From IMG/VR virus record IMGVR_UViG_3300044616_001452: a stretch of 64,000 bases of DNA; one strand, written 5' to 3'. The notes under the pieces were generated by a model. The model did no database searches and was not told the origin of the DNA. It saw only the letters and a program-made list of their open reading frames with translations. Of this stretch, positions 31,798 through 42,119 are shown in pieces. A program made the translations under genes and the position numbers. Every line of letters begins with the position of its first letter. Position 1 is the stretch's first letter. Source of the DNA: a virus.

Positions 31798-32862
31798 ATG
31801 AAAATAGCATTGATAACTGACCAGCACTTCGGTGCAAGAAACGATTCACTTCATTTCCTAGATTTCTATGAAAAATTTTATAATCTTTTTTTCTTAGAAA
31901 TCGATGATAGAGGTATCGACACCGTTGTAATATTGGGAGACACATTCGACCGTCGCAAGTATGTAAACTTTTATACCTTGCAGAGGTCAAAGAAAATGTT
32001 TTTTGAAAGACTAAAAACACGAGGTATAAAAGTTTACATGCTGGTGGGTAATCATGATACCTATTACAAAAACACGAACGAAGTTAATTCACCAGACCTG
32101 ATGCTGAGTGAATATGATAACATCACCACCATAAACGATCCTCAAACGATACAGATTTCTGACTATCCAGTCACCATGATGCCATGGATTTGTTCAGAAA
32201 ATTATGTCGCATCTATGGAAGAATTAAAAAACACGACAGCACCTATTTGCATGGGTCATTTTGAAATTGAAGGTTTTCAAATGTATAGAGGAGCACCTTC
32301 ACATGAAGGGCTCGATCCTAAATTATTCGATAGGTTTGATGTAGTTTTTTCTGGGCATTATCACCACAAATCTTCAAAAGGCAATATTCATTATCTTGGT
32401 AATCCATATGAATTAACCTGGCAAGATTACGATGATAAAAGGGGCTTTCATATTTTCGATCTGAAAACTCACGAATTGGAATTTATACCTAATCCTTATA
32501 GAATGTTCCATAAGTTAACATATGACGATAAGGTTTCATCTATAAAAGAGATACAGGAAATGGATCTTGCTCCTTTTGCATCAGTATATGTAAAAGTTGT
32601 TGTCATAAACAAAACCAATCCATACCTATTTGATATGCTGATTAATAAATTATATCAAGTGAATCCAATAGACATTACTATTGCAGAAGATTTTACCGAT
32701 GTAGAAGATATTATGGATGATGACATTGATCAAGCTGAAGATACCATTACCATATTGAACAAATATGTAGATAACTTGACAACTGATTTAGAAAAGAGTA
32801 AACTAAAAACTCTATTTCAAGAAATTTATATTGAAGCTTTAAATGAAGGAGAAACATCATGA
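31798..32862 (+). CDS. gp47: Recombination endonuclease subunit gp47 (Mre11/SbcD-like)
   Basis: DQHFG, GD.FDRRK, GNHD, SGHYH. Confidence 0.95.
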   Translation: MKIALITDQHFGARNDSLHFLDFYEKFYNLFFLEIDDRGIDTVVILGDTFDRRKYVNFYTLQRSKKMFFERLKTRGIKVYMLVGNHDTYYKNTNEVNSPDLMLSEYDNITTINDPQTIQISDYPVTMMPWICSENYVASMEELKNTTAPICMGHFEIEGFQMYRGAPSHEGLDPKLFDRFDVVFSGHYHHKSSKGNIHYLGNPYELTWQDYDDKRGFHIFDLKTHELEFIPNPYRMFHKLTYDDKVSSIKEIQEMDLAPFASVYVKVVVINKTNPYLFDMLINKLYQVNPIDITIAEDFTDVEDIMDDDIDQAEDTITILNKYVDNLTTDLEKSKLKTLFQEIYIEALNEGETS

Positions 32863-33488
32863 GCCATGCTACCAGATTGGTTAATAACCCTTTGGATAAA
32901 CTTTTATTTTTTCCAAGCATGCATGTTGACACAGGGTTTTTTACAAGCCAAGAGGTTGACATTATTTCAAATTACTGTTCTTCTTTACCTTTAGGTAAAG
33001 GGCAACTATTTGACGGCACTGACGTTTACAGCACACGAAATGCTAAAACAGCATTCATAAATTCACCGGATAATAACAACAGATGGATTTATGAAAAATT
33101 AAATACATTGATAGGATTCTATAATGACACAATGTTTGGCTTTGACCTATTAGGATTTGATTATATGCAATATGCTGAATATGATGTTACAGGAAAACAT
33201 GAATTTCATATGGATATTGCAATGAATACACCACAGAATATAACATACAGAATTAATGAACATTTAAGAAAAATGACCATTGTATTAATGTTGAATCAAC
33301 AAGGTGTTGATTTTGAAGGTGGAGACTTTCAAGTGAATCTTTCTGAAGAAAGACTTCCTGTAAATGTAAACATGAACAAAGGTCATGTTCTTTTACTGCC
33401 CTCTTTTTTACTTCACAGGGTTACACCAGTCACAAAAGGAATTAGAAAAACTCTTGTTTCTTGGGTTATTGGGCCAAAATTTAGATAA
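32859..33488 (+). CDS. 2OG-Fe(II) oxygenase (prolyl-hydroxylase-like)
   Basis: HMD...RKMT...FEGGDF...PSFLLHRVTPVTKGIRKTLVSW. Confidence 0.88.
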   Translation: MSHATRLVNNPLDKLLFFPSMHVDTGFFTSQEVDIISNYCSSLPLGKGQLFDGTDVYSTRNAKTAFINSPDNNNRWIYEKLNTLIGFYNDTMFGFDLLGFDYMQYAEYDVTGKHEFHMDIAMNTPQNITYRINEHLRKMTIVLMLNQQGVDFEGGDFQVNLSEERLPVNVNMNKGHVLLLPSFLLHRVTPVTKGIRKTLVSWVIGPKFR

Positions 33489-35203
33489 TGATTATATTTA
33501 AAAAATGTAGGTGGAAAAATTTTCTTTCCACGGGAAACTCATTTACAGAGGTTGATCTAAATCAATCAACTAACACATTGATTATTGGGCAAAATGGTGC
33601 AGGCAAATCTACCATATTAGATGCTCTTACGTTTGGTTTATTTGGCAAACCTTTTAGGAAAATAAACAAGCCACAGCTATTGAACTCTATCAATAACTCA
33701 AACTGTGTTGTTGAAATTGAATTCTCTATTGGTAAAAAAGAATATAAAATTATTCGAGGAATAAAACCTAATGTATTTGAAATCTATTGCAATAATGTTT
33801 TAGTAAATCAAGATGCCAAAGCAAAAGATTATCAAGAACATCTCGAAAAATTTATTCTGAAATGGAACTTAAAAGCCTTTACTCAAATTGTAGTTTTGGG
33901 TTCCGCATCTTTCGTACCATTCATGCAATTGACTCCGGCAGATAGACGAACTATTATTGAGGACCTATTAGATATACAAATATTTTCTTCAATGAATAAC
34001 ATTGTCAAAAATAAAATTAGTGCAATTAAAGATTCACAAAAAGACTACGAGTATCAAATAAAATTAATTAACGAAAAAATACAACTTCAAAAACAAAATC
34101 TTGAAGAGCATAGAAAAAATTTTGAATCGGAAATTCAAAAGAAAAAAGAAGAAGGAATAAAAAATCAGGAGTTTGTGGAAAAGACAACCCGTGACATTGA
34201 GTTAATTCAAAAACATATCGAACAGTTACAGAATAGTATTTCGGATGAAAAAAATATTCATTCAAAAAGTACCAAAATTGTAACATTACAATCAAAACTT
34301 TCTGATAACATTAAAAAATTAAATAAAGAAATAGATTTTTTTGAAAAGAATAATGATTGCCCAACATGCCATCAGATCATTACTCATGATACTAAAACTA
34401 ATCACATCACAACCAAAAAAGATAAAATACAAGAAATCGATGTGGCAAGTGAAAAGCTTTCTGATGAATTGAATAAATTACATTCCCGTTTGGATCAAAT
34501 TCAAAAAATACAGAAACATATTAATGAACATAACTCTGAAGTAGTTAAATTAAATACACAGATTTTTAGCGTTAATAAGTATAACCTTAAACTAATTGAA
34601 GAAATAAAATCTCTAGAACAGAATACATTTTTTACAGAGAATGATAATGAAAAACTAAAAACTTTAAATGATGAATTAAAGAATGCAGAAACAAATGGTA
34701 ATGAATTATCTGTTCAAAAACAATATCATGAATTTGCTGCTACTCTTTTAAAAGATACAGGCATCAAGACTAAAATTATTAAGCAATATTTGCCAATAAT
34801 GAATAAGTTGATCAATAAGTATTTAACTGCAATGGACTTTTTTGTTAATTTTAATCTAAATGAAAACTTCGAAGAAACTATTAAGTCAAGGCATCGTGAT
34901 GTTTTTTCTTACGCTTCCTTTTCTGAGGGAGAAAAGATGCGAATTGACCTCGCTCTATTATTTACGTGGAGACAAATAGCAAAATTAAAAAATTCAACTA
35001 ATACCAATTTGCTTATTCTAGATGAAGTTTTTGATTCTTCATTAGATGGTGTTGGCACAGAAGAATTTATGAAGCTTTTGAATACACTAGATAATAACAC
35101 TAACGTTTTTGTTATCTCACATAAGGGAGATCAACTGTTCGACAAGTTTAGATCCGTAATTAGATTTGAAAAGAAAAATAATTTTTCACAGGTGGTAAAA
35201 TGA
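33488..35203 (+). CDS. gp46: Recombination endonuclease subunit gp46 (Rad50/SbcC-like)
   Basis: GQNGAGKST, CPTC zinc hook, FSEGEKMRID, LDEVFDSSLD. Confidence 0.96.
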   Translation: MIIFKKCRWKNFLSTGNSFTEVDLNQSTNTLIIGQNGAGKSTILDALTFGLFGKPFRKINKPQLLNSINNSNCVVEIEFSIGKKEYKIIRGIKPNVFEIYCNNVLVNQDAKAKDYQEHLEKFILKWNLKAFTQIVVLGSASFVPFMQLTPADRRTIIEDLLDIQIFSSMNNIVKNKISAIKDSQKDYEYQIKLINEKIQLQKQNLEEHRKNFESEIQKKKEEGIKNQEFVEKTTRDIELIQKHIEQLQNSISDEKNIHSKSTKIVTLQSKLSDNIKKLNKEIDFFEKNNDCPTCHQIITHDTKTNHITTKKDKIQEIDVASEKLSDELNKLHSRLDQIQKIQKHINEHNSEVVKLNTQIFSVNKYNLKLIEEIKSLEQNTFFTENDNEKLKTLNDELKNAETNGNELSVQKQYHEFAATLLKDTGIKTKIIKQYLPIMNKLINKYLTAMDFFVNFNLNENFEETIKSRHRDVFSYASFSEGEKMRIDLALLFTWRQIAKLKNSTNTNLLILDEVFDSSLDGVGTEEFMKLLNTLDNNTNVFVISHKGDQLFDKFRSVIRFEKKNNFSQVVK

Positions 35204-35847
35204 CTGATGTAATTAAAGAAAACGATGTTATCCGAATTAATACAGATCCATATAAAAATGAACCTTCCGTTTTACAAGAAAAGATTCGTATTTTCGATCT
35301 GGTGCCTGAAGCCCATCCTGCTTTAAAAAAAGTTTTACCAGATTTTGATTTTAAAAAGCCACCAGTTGACCCTAATTTTTTCGCCAGTTCGTTGGTTGAA
35401 ACCTGCAAACTTCATAATGGATTGGGGCTGTCAGCTAACCAATGCGGATTTGAATATCGAGTGTTTGTAATGGGTTCTGCTGACAACTATGTGGCATTTT
35501 TTAATCCTAAAATTTTAAAGTCTTCCGAACAGCAAAGTAAAATGGAAGAAGGTTGCTTATCCTACAAAGGTTTGTTTTTGAACGTAGAAAGACCAGCAGA
35601 AATTGAGGTAGAATACCAAGATTTTAATGGTATTTTAAGGCAAGCAAAGTTTACCGGTATGACTGCTAGATGTTTTCAACATGAACTTGACCATATGAAC
35701 GGAATCACGTATCATAGTCATGTAGGCACCGTATCAATACAACTTGCTCAGAAAAGACGAAGCAAGTATCTAAAACTATTATCCAAAACTTTGAAAGAAA
35801 CAAATAATGGAAACAATCGAAGCGGAAATTACAGAAACATTCGATAA
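35200..35847 (+). CDS. def: Peptide deformylase
   Basis: All three PDF motifs: GLGLSANQ, EGCLS, QHELDH. Confidence 0.93.
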   Translation: MTDVIKENDVIRINTDPYKNEPSVLQEKIRIFDLVPEAHPALKKVLPDFDFKKPPVDPNFFASSLVETCKLHNGLGLSANQCGFEYRVFVMGSADNYVAFFNPKILKSSEQQSKMEEGCLSYKGLFLNVERPAEIEVEYQDFNGILRQAKFTGMTARCFQHELDHMNGITYHSHVGTVSIQLAQKRRSKYLKLLSKTLKETNNGNNRSGNYRNIR

Positions 35848-37180
35848 AGAAAAATGGCCAGATTTTGTAAAAAAACAATGGGAAGATTGGAGTTCTAAAA
35901 ACCCGTGTTCAAATTTTGAACACATTGATACAAATCAGCTAACAGAAATACTTACCAGTGACCTGTCATATGCGTCAAAAATGGACGTAAAAGAGTACAC
36001 GTTATATCAAAAGTGGTGTGAAATTCAAGAGAAGTATCCTGTAAAAGAAACTACGTCAGTTTTTGGTGATGTAGAAAAGCATCTTGTAGATGCTTCTCAA
36101 GAGCAATATATTAATTTTGTTAAAAATAACATTTGGATTCCAGAATCTCCTGACGATTTTATAAAACTTAAACCCGTCATGGAATACACCGATGATTCTG
36201 GTGAAGTTTTTGTTACTGCTGTTGATGGATCTAAAACAAAGAAAGACAAAAAAAGAACAAAAGATTTACCTGTAATTTGGAATACCGCAAGAACATTTAT
36301 TTCCACCATGAAAAACAATTCTAATATCGGAAGAAATTTGAACTTCATGGTAAAGGATGACGTAACAGGTAAATACTTGGGTGTTATTTGTATCTCATCC
36401 GACTTTCTTGATTTGACACCAAGAGATAAGTTTATTGGATGGGAACGTGAAAAGAAAACACAGGGTGGTATGATCAATTATACTGCTATTGGTTCTTCGA
36501 TAGTACCATTTCAGCCTCTAGGGTTTAATTACATGGGTGGCAAATTGCTTGCCCTTCTATGTCTCTCTGATGATGTACAGAGAATTTGGAAAGAAAAATA
36601 TGGTAATACTTTGGTCGGAGTGACCACAACTTCACTTTACGGAAATACAAAAGCAAACGGATTGAGTCAATATGATGGGCTGGAATATTGGCAGAAAATG
36701 GGTTTTTCTTCAGGTTCAGTAGCATTTGAACCGAGGAAAAATACACTTCAAATGCTTTGGAACTGGTTGAAAGAAAACCATACTGAAAAATATTTTGAAT
36801 GGTGGGAAGCTAAGAACGCACAAGGTTTGCCGTTTAAGCGTGATCACAAGAATCGTTCTTTGCATTTTGCATATCCTAAATTTGGTATTCCAAAAGAACT
36901 TACGAAAACAGACCATCAAAGAGGAATTTATTTTTCACCTCTGTATAATAACACCTGTGAATTTCTGCGTGGTGAAATAACTGAGGATAAACTTGTTAAA
37001 TCTTTTGATACAAGCTGCGAAGCATTATCGGAAATCTGGAAAACTAAGTATGCAAAACCCAGGATTTCTATGCTGAAGAAGAAAAATAATGTTTCCAAAG
37101 AATCTCTTTTCTATGATGATTTGATCTATCTTACATGGGAAGAAGCTAAACAAAAATATTTGCCTCAGGTTGGTCGGTAA
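35807..37180 (+). CDS. DUF4338 (Druantia DruA-like) domain protein
   Basis: GRNL.F.V.D, RD..IGW, GGKLLALL, TTTSLYG..SQY motifs recalled for DUF4338. Confidence 0.65.
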   Translation: METIEAEITETFDKEKWPDFVKKQWEDWSSKNPCSNFEHIDTNQLTEILTSDLSYASKMDVKEYTLYQKWCEIQEKYPVKETTSVFGDVEKHLVDASQEQYINFVKNNIWIPESPDDFIKLKPVMEYTDDSGEVFVTAVDGSKTKKDKKRTKDLPVIWNTARTFISTMKNNSNIGRNLNFMVKDDVTGKYLGVICISSDFLDLTPRDKFIGWEREKKTQGGMINYTAIGSSIVPFQPLGFNYMGGKLLALLCLSDDVQRIWKEKYGNTLVGVTTTSLYGNTKANGLSQYDGLEYWQKMGFSSGSVAFEPRKNTLQMLWNWLKENHTEKYFEWWEAKNAQGLPFKRDHKNRSLHFAYPKFGIPKELTKTDHQRGIYFSPLYNNTCEFLRGEITEDKLVKSFDTSCEALSEIWKTKYAKPRISMLKKKNNVSKESLFYDDLIYLTWEEAKQKYLPQVGR

Positions 37181-37206
37181 TAATCAATGTTTACCTCACA
37201 AACCCA

Positions 37207-37235
37207 TTGACAAATATACTACATAGTAGTATGAT
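37207..37235 (+). promoter_or_regulatory. Sigma70-type early promoter
   Basis: TTGACA-17 nt-TATGAT. Confidence 0.8.
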
Positions 37236-37289
37236 GTGCGTACTCGTTTGATCGAGTTTTATTTTTATTTTTTGATATAGGAGTTAGTT

Positions 37290-37562
37290 ATGAGTAAAAC
37301 CAGTGCAAAAGAACGTATGCTTAATACTTTGAAACAGACTAAAGGATATAATACCTTTAGTGTTGCACAAGCTCGTGTTCGGTTTGGTGTTAAAAATGTT
37401 GCTGCTCGAATCCATGAACTCCGTAAGGAAGGGTATGCAATTTATACCAACACTCGGATTCGTGGTAATGGTACTAAAGTATCCGTTTATCGCCTAGGAA
37501 AACCTTCAAAATCTATGAAGGCTCAGTTCCGTTCTATGGGTGTACGCGCACAAACCGCTTAA
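37290..37562 (+). CDS. Small winged-helix DNA-binding protein
   Basis: FGVKNVAARIHELRKEGYAI...YRLG wHTH pattern; strong AGGAG RBS. Confidence 0.75.
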   Translation: MSKTSAKERMLNTLKQTKGYNTFSVAQARVRFGVKNVAARIHELRKEGYAIYTNTRIRGNGTKVSVYRLGKPSKSMKAQFRSMGVRAQTA

Positions 37563-37576
37563 TAATGGTTTGATAC

Positions 37577-37612
37577 AGGAGAGGTCATTAATTTGGTGAC
37601 CTCTCCTTTTTT
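37577..37612 (+). terminator. Rho-independent terminator
   Basis: AGGAGAGGTCA-loop-TGACCTCTCCT followed by T run. Confidence 0.88.
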
Positions 37613-37626
37613 ATTTTGGAGTGCAA

Positions 37627-38445
37627 ATGGAAATTCAAATAAAAACAGATGAACTTAGAAAGAAAAGTCTATTTGTTGCTACACCCATGTATGGTGGTAT
37701 GAACCATGGTTTGTATATGAAAGCATGCCTTGATCTTCAAGGTATGTGTATTCAATACGGTATCAATGTTAAATTTTCCTTCTTATTTAATGAATCACTA
37801 ATTACTAGGGCGAGAAATTATCTTGTAGATGAATTCTACAATCGTTCAGAATGCACACATCTACTTTTCATCGATTCGGATATCTGTTTTAATCCGCAAG
37901 ATGTTATTGCCATGTTGGCTCTAGACAAAGATGTTATTGGCGGACCTTATCCTAAAAAAGCGATTAAGTGGAAAAGCGTTCAAAAGGCTGCGCTTCTTCA
38001 TCCAGAAATTGCACCACACGACCTAGAAAAGGTTGCTGGTGATTTTGTATTTAATCCTGTTAAAGGTACTGCACAATTTCAAGTTTCTGAGCCACTAGAA
38101 GTTATGGAAATTGGAACAGGTTTCATGTTAATTAACCGTGAAGTCTTTCCGAAAATGGAAGAAGCATATCCTCAGCTTCGTTATAAACCAGATCATGTTG
38201 GGCAACAACATTTTGACGGTTCACGTTACATTCATGCTTTCTTCGATACTATTATTGACACAAAAGATTCTGCAACTGGTGGCGGTTCAGATCGTTATCT
38301 GTCAGAAGATTATATGTTTTGTCAACTTTGGAGAAAAATTGGTGGAAAAATTTGGTTGTGCCCATGGATGAGAACACAACATATCGGAACTTATCACTTT
38401 CATGGTGATATGCCTGCTGTAGCAAGTTTTGTTGGTGAAATGTAA
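37627..38445 (+). CDS. Glycosyltransferase-like protein (GT-A), conserved in T4-like phages
   Basis: LFVATPMYGG, ESLITRARN, LLFIDSDI, GTGFMLI, YLSEDYMFC. Confidence 0.75.
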   Translation: MEIQIKTDELRKKSLFVATPMYGGMNHGLYMKACLDLQGMCIQYGINVKFSFLFNESLITRARNYLVDEFYNRSECTHLLFIDSDICFNPQDVIAMLALDKDVIGGPYPKKAIKWKSVQKAALLHPEIAPHDLEKVAGDFVFNPVKGTAQFQVSEPLEVMEIGTGFMLINREVFPKMEEAYPQLRYKPDHVGQQHFDGSRYIHAFFDTIIDTKDSATGGGSDRYLSEDYMFCQLWRKIGGKIWLCPWMRTQHIGTYHFHGDMPAVASFVGEM

Positions 38446-39119
38446 TGATCGTTGGTGTAGTAGGGTTCATCGGTTCCGGAAAAGGAACCGTTGGTGATTT
38501 TCTAAAAACTGAATTTGGATTTCACTCATTAAGCTTTGCTTCACACTTAAAAGACGTTGCTTCAGTCCTCTTCGGTTGGGAAAGGAATCTTTTGGAGGGT
38601 GATACAGAAGAATCTAGAAAATTCAGAGAAAGACCGGACGGTTTTTGGTCTAAAAAAATCGGTGAACACTTTACACCACGATTAGCACTTCAACTACTTG
38701 GTACAGAAGCAGGAAGAAAAGTCTTTCATGAAGACTTTTGGGTTTATGCATTAGAAAATAAAATCAATAACTTAGGAGCAAATCAAAATGTGGTGGTAAC
38801 CGACGTTAGATTTAAAAATGAAATTGAATGGATAAAAAGCAAAGAAGGTATTCTAATTGAAGTTAGAAGAGGTTCAAGACCTTCTTGGTTTCATATTGCA
38901 GCCGATGCCAATAAACACGGTGGTTCTGTTTTTTCGGAAAAATTTATGTTGGAAAAATCTGGTGTTCATGAATCAGAATGGAGATGGATTGGAAGTGGAA
39001 TAGATTACATTATTGATAATATTGGCACACTGGAAAACTTGAAAGAAAGAGTCACTGAATGCTTGAAAAGTTATTACGGAAGTAATATAATTGAATCCCT
39101 TAGACAAAGGAGTTTGTAA
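38445..39119 (+). CDS. gp1: Deoxynucleoside monophosphate kinase gp1
   Basis: GFIGSGKGTV, TPRLALQLLGTE, TDVRFKNE, HESE. Confidence 0.9.
   Translation: MIVGVVGFIGSGKGTVGDFLKTEFGFHSLSFASHLKDVASVLFGWERNLLEGDTEESRKFRERPDGFWSKKIGEHFTPRLALQLLGTEAGRKVFHEDFWVYALENKINNLGANQNVVVTDVRFKNEIEWIKSKEGILIEVRRGSRPSWFHIAADANKHGGSVFSEKFMLEKSGVHESEWRWIGSGIDYIIDNIGTLENLKERVTECLKSYYGSNIIESLRQRSL
39063..39091 (+). promoter_or_regulatory. Sigma70-type promoter upstream of gp45
   Basis: TTGAAA-17 nt-TATAAT. Confidence 0.6.
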
Positions 39120-39799
39120 TGAAGTTGACAAATAATACCATGAATGTATTGAAGAATTTTTCTACAATTAATCAAAACATTTATGTTAAACCTGGTAATG
39201 TTATTGAAACTGTTTCAAAGCAGAAAAATATTTTGGCTAAAGCAACAGTGGAAGAAAACTTTCCACAAGAGTTCGGCATTTACGATCTAAACAATTTTTT
39301 GGGCGTTCTATCCCTTTCTAAAGGTACTTTACCTGAACTTGATTTTGAAGATCAAAAAATTATTATCCGCAATCGAGTAGGCAAAAGTAGCACGACATAT
39401 CATCAATCTAAAAAGGAACTTTTACTTCTTGCACCTGAGAAAAAGGTCAGCATGGAAAATGCTGAAATTATTTTCACCATCACAGAAGAGGATCTTGATT
39501 GGTGTTTGAAAGCTGCATCTGCACTTAACTCAACGAATATCGCTTTTGTTTCTGATGGTGTAAATGTCACGGTTGATGTTTTTAATGTAAAAGATGATTC
39601 ATCTAACGTAAATACAACAACTATTGCAGAAGGTGATGGCAAAACTTTTAAAATGATTTTTGCTATAGAAAATTTTAAGTTTATTCTTGGTTCATACGAT
39701 GTTACAATTCATTCTCGTGGAATTGGGCACTTTAAAAACAAGTCTGTACCAATTGAATATTGGGTCACCACTGAACCTGGTTCTACTTACGGAGCTTAA
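39119..39799 (+). CDS. gp45: Sliding clamp gp45
   Basis: LKNFSTINQ, FGIYDLNNFL, GSYDV, YWVTTE. Confidence 0.93.
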   Translation: MKLTNNTMNVLKNFSTINQNIYVKPGNVIETVSKQKNILAKATVEENFPQEFGIYDLNNFLGVLSLSKGTLPELDFEDQKIIIRNRVGKSSTTYHQSKKELLLLAPEKKVSMENAEIIFTITEEDLDWCLKAASALNSTNIAFVSDGVNVTVDVFNVKDDSSNVNTTTIAEGDGKTFKMIFAIENFKFILGSYDVTIHSRGIGHFKNKSVPIEYWVTTEPGSTYGA

Positions 39800-40077
39800 T
39801 GATGACTGATATTGTTACACAATATGGTACTTTTAAAGAAGAAGATTTGAAATCGATCAAAGAAGCTTTGAATGAAATTTCAAATGAGCTTGACATTATC
39901 TCTCAGCATAAAGATGCAATCAAAGATGTTATCAATGCAGTCTTTGATAATTATAAAATCCCTAAAAAAGTAATTCGCCGTTTGGCAAAAGCACATCATA
40001 AAAATTCTTTTCAGGAAGAACTTGCGCATGATAGTGAATTTGAGACCCTCTATATCGGGCTTACGGAGGCAAAATGA
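39799..40077 (+). CDS. dsbA: Double-stranded DNA-binding protein (T4 DsbA-like)
   Basis: Helical ~90 aa with IPKKVIRRLAKAHHKNSFQEE...FETLY pattern. Confidence 0.7.
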   Translation: MMTDIVTQYGTFKEEDLKSIKEALNEISNELDIISQHKDAIKDVINAVFDNYKIPKKVIRRLAKAHHKNSFQEELAHDSEFETLYIGLTEAK

Positions 40078-40406
40078 ATGAAGAACGTAGAGGGTTTACT
40101 AAAGGTTTAGGTCTAGCAGGATTTGTTGCAGTTGGAATTGCTGGTTATAAAGAAGCAAAAGAAAGGATTGTTTATAAACAGGATGAAATTCCAACACCTG
40201 AGTTAGAAAAACAATTAGAAACAAAACCCGTTCTACAATTGTCCGCTACTTACGGAGAAGAAATGCCTCCTTCATCTGACTTATACGTATTCTCATTTGG
40301 TCCAAATTACAAACCTGGAACAGAAAACCATGTAAATGTTAAAATTGTTCCTGGTCCCGATGGCAAACTATACGTAAAAGAAAACGATAGTTGGAGAAAA
40401 ATATGA
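40074..40406 (+). CDS. Hypothetical protein with twin-arginine-like N-terminal signal
   Basis: ERRGFTKGLGLAGFVAVG. Confidence 0.55.
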   Translation: MNEERRGFTKGLGLAGFVAVGIAGYKEAKERIVYKQDEIPTPELEKQLETKPVLQLSATYGEEMPPSSDLYVFSFGPNYKPGTENHVNVKIVPGPDGKLYVKENDSWRKI

Positions 40407-41146
40407 ATGTAGCAATGATTGCTTCCGGGCAACCTCGATACAAAAAATATATTTTCGACAATTATTATAAAATAAAAGACGCAACTAGCATAGAACTTTA
40501 TTTCTATATGTGGAGTAATTATTACTTAGAAAACGATGATAAAAATATTTTTGAAGGTGGAGGTTCGGTTGAGGAACAAATAATTAAGGGGCTACCTAAA
40601 CACTGCATCATAAAAAAATTCATAACTGAAAATGAACCTTCTATTGAAAAATTATTTAATAATGAACTAGAAATATTAGTAGAAAAAACTCTTGGAGCAA
40701 ATCATATATTTGAGCCTGATAGAATGAGAACCAGTCTTATTGATCTATATTATCAAAGATATTCAGCAATGAAAGCTTTTGAATTACTTGACAAAGAATA
40801 TGATTGTGTTATAAGATATAGACCCGATTGTTACCTCGCTGATGATGTTTACTTAAAGGAAGTAGATTTAGATAAAGGAATTTATGTTCCTAGGAACATG
40901 GGAGGAGGAGGTATGAACGATCAATTTGCAATCGGAAATATGAAAAATATGAAGGTATATTTTGATGCGTTCAACAGTTTATTTGTCGATCAAATGGAAA
41001 ATAAAGAGTTGGTTCAACAGGAAACTTCTTTAAAATATCATCTATCAAAAAATAATATTAATATTCATGGACTACCTAATAATGCACGATATTTTATGGT
41101 AAGAATAGAAAAAGGAGATGGTGGAAAAAAACTTCAAAGAATTTAA
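40403..41146 (+). CDS. Hypothetical protein, possible glycosyltransferase-like; paralog of 46426-47169
   Basis: VAMIASGQPR, YDCVIRYRPD, NDQFAIG. Confidence 0.55.
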   Translation: MNVAMIASGQPRYKKYIFDNYYKIKDATSIELYFYMWSNYYLENDDKNIFEGGGSVEEQIIKGLPKHCIIKKFITENEPSIEKLFNNELEILVEKTLGANHIFEPDRMRTSLIDLYYQRYSAMKAFELLDKEYDCVIRYRPDCYLADDVYLKEVDLDKGIYVPRNMGGGGMNDQFAIGNMKNMKVYFDAFNSLFVDQMENKELVQQETSLKYHLSKNNINIHGLPNNARYFMVRIEKGDGGKKLQRI

Positions 41147-41177
41147 AGTATTTCATTTTACATTATGGAGATTGTGA

Positions 41178-42119
41178 TTGGAAAATAAACAAATTTTATG
41201 GGTAGAAAAATATCGCCCGAATAAAGTTGAAGACTGTATACTTCCCGAAAACATCAAAACTATATTTCAAGAATATGTCAACAGAAAAGAAATCCCAAAT
41301 TTGTTACTTGCTGGATCCGCAGGCGTTGGTAAAACAACAATCGCTAAAGCCCTCTGCGAAGAAATTGGCTGTGATTACATCATCATCAATGGGTCAGATG
41401 AAAGCGGCATTGACACATTCCGCACCAAGATCAAAAACTATGCATCAGCAATGAGTTTTTCTGGTGACCGGAGGGTCATCATCATTGATGAAGCAGACTA
41501 TCTAAATCCCAATTCTACACAGCCCGCCCTACGTGGTGCCATTGAAGAGTTTTCAATTAATTGTTCTTTTATTTTCACTTGTAATTTTAAGAATAGGATT
41601 ATTGAACCTCTTCATTCACGTTGTTCCGTTATTGAATTTAAACTTCAAAATGGGCAAAAGGCTAAGATGGCGGCTCAGTTCTTTAAACGTGTTGAATGGA
41701 TCTTAAAACAAGAAAACATTCCATATGAAAAAGATGTTGTTGCAGCCGTCATTACAAAATACTTTCCTGATAACCGACGCATTCTAAATGAATTACAACG
41801 ATATTCAGTTTCAGGAGCAATCGATAAAGGTATTTTGTCAAATGTTTCAGACGTAAACATTGCAACGCTTATCAAATCCATTAAAGAAAAAGATTTTGGA
41901 TCAGCAAGAAAATGGGTCACTTCGAATCTTGACAATGATGCAGCAACCATAATCAGAAAAATATATGATTCGATGTATGAATATTTAACTCCTGACAGCA
42001 TTCCACCTGCTGTTTTAATTTTGTCAAAATACCAATATCAATCTGCATTCGTGGCGGATCAGGAAATTAACTTAATGGCCTGTTTGACCGAATTTATGGT
42101 TGAATGTTCCTTTAAGTGA
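41178..42119 (+). CDS. gp44: Clamp loader large subunit gp44 (TTG start)
   Basis: WVEKYRP, GSAGVGKTT, IIDEAD, PLHSRC. Confidence 0.96.
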   Translation: MENKQILWVEKYRPNKVEDCILPENIKTIFQEYVNRKEIPNLLLAGSAGVGKTTIAKALCEEIGCDYIIINGSDESGIDTFRTKIKNYASAMSFSGDRRVIIIDEADYLNPNSTQPALRGAIEEFSINCSFIFTCNFKNRIIEPLHSRCSVIEFKLQNGQKAKMAAQFFKRVEWILKQENIPYEKDVVAAVITKYFPDNRRILNELQRYSVSGAIDKGILSNVSDVNIATLIKSIKEKDFGSARKWVTSNLDNDAATIIRKIYDSMYEYLTPDSIPPAVLILSKYQYQSAFVADQEINLMACLTEFMVECSFK

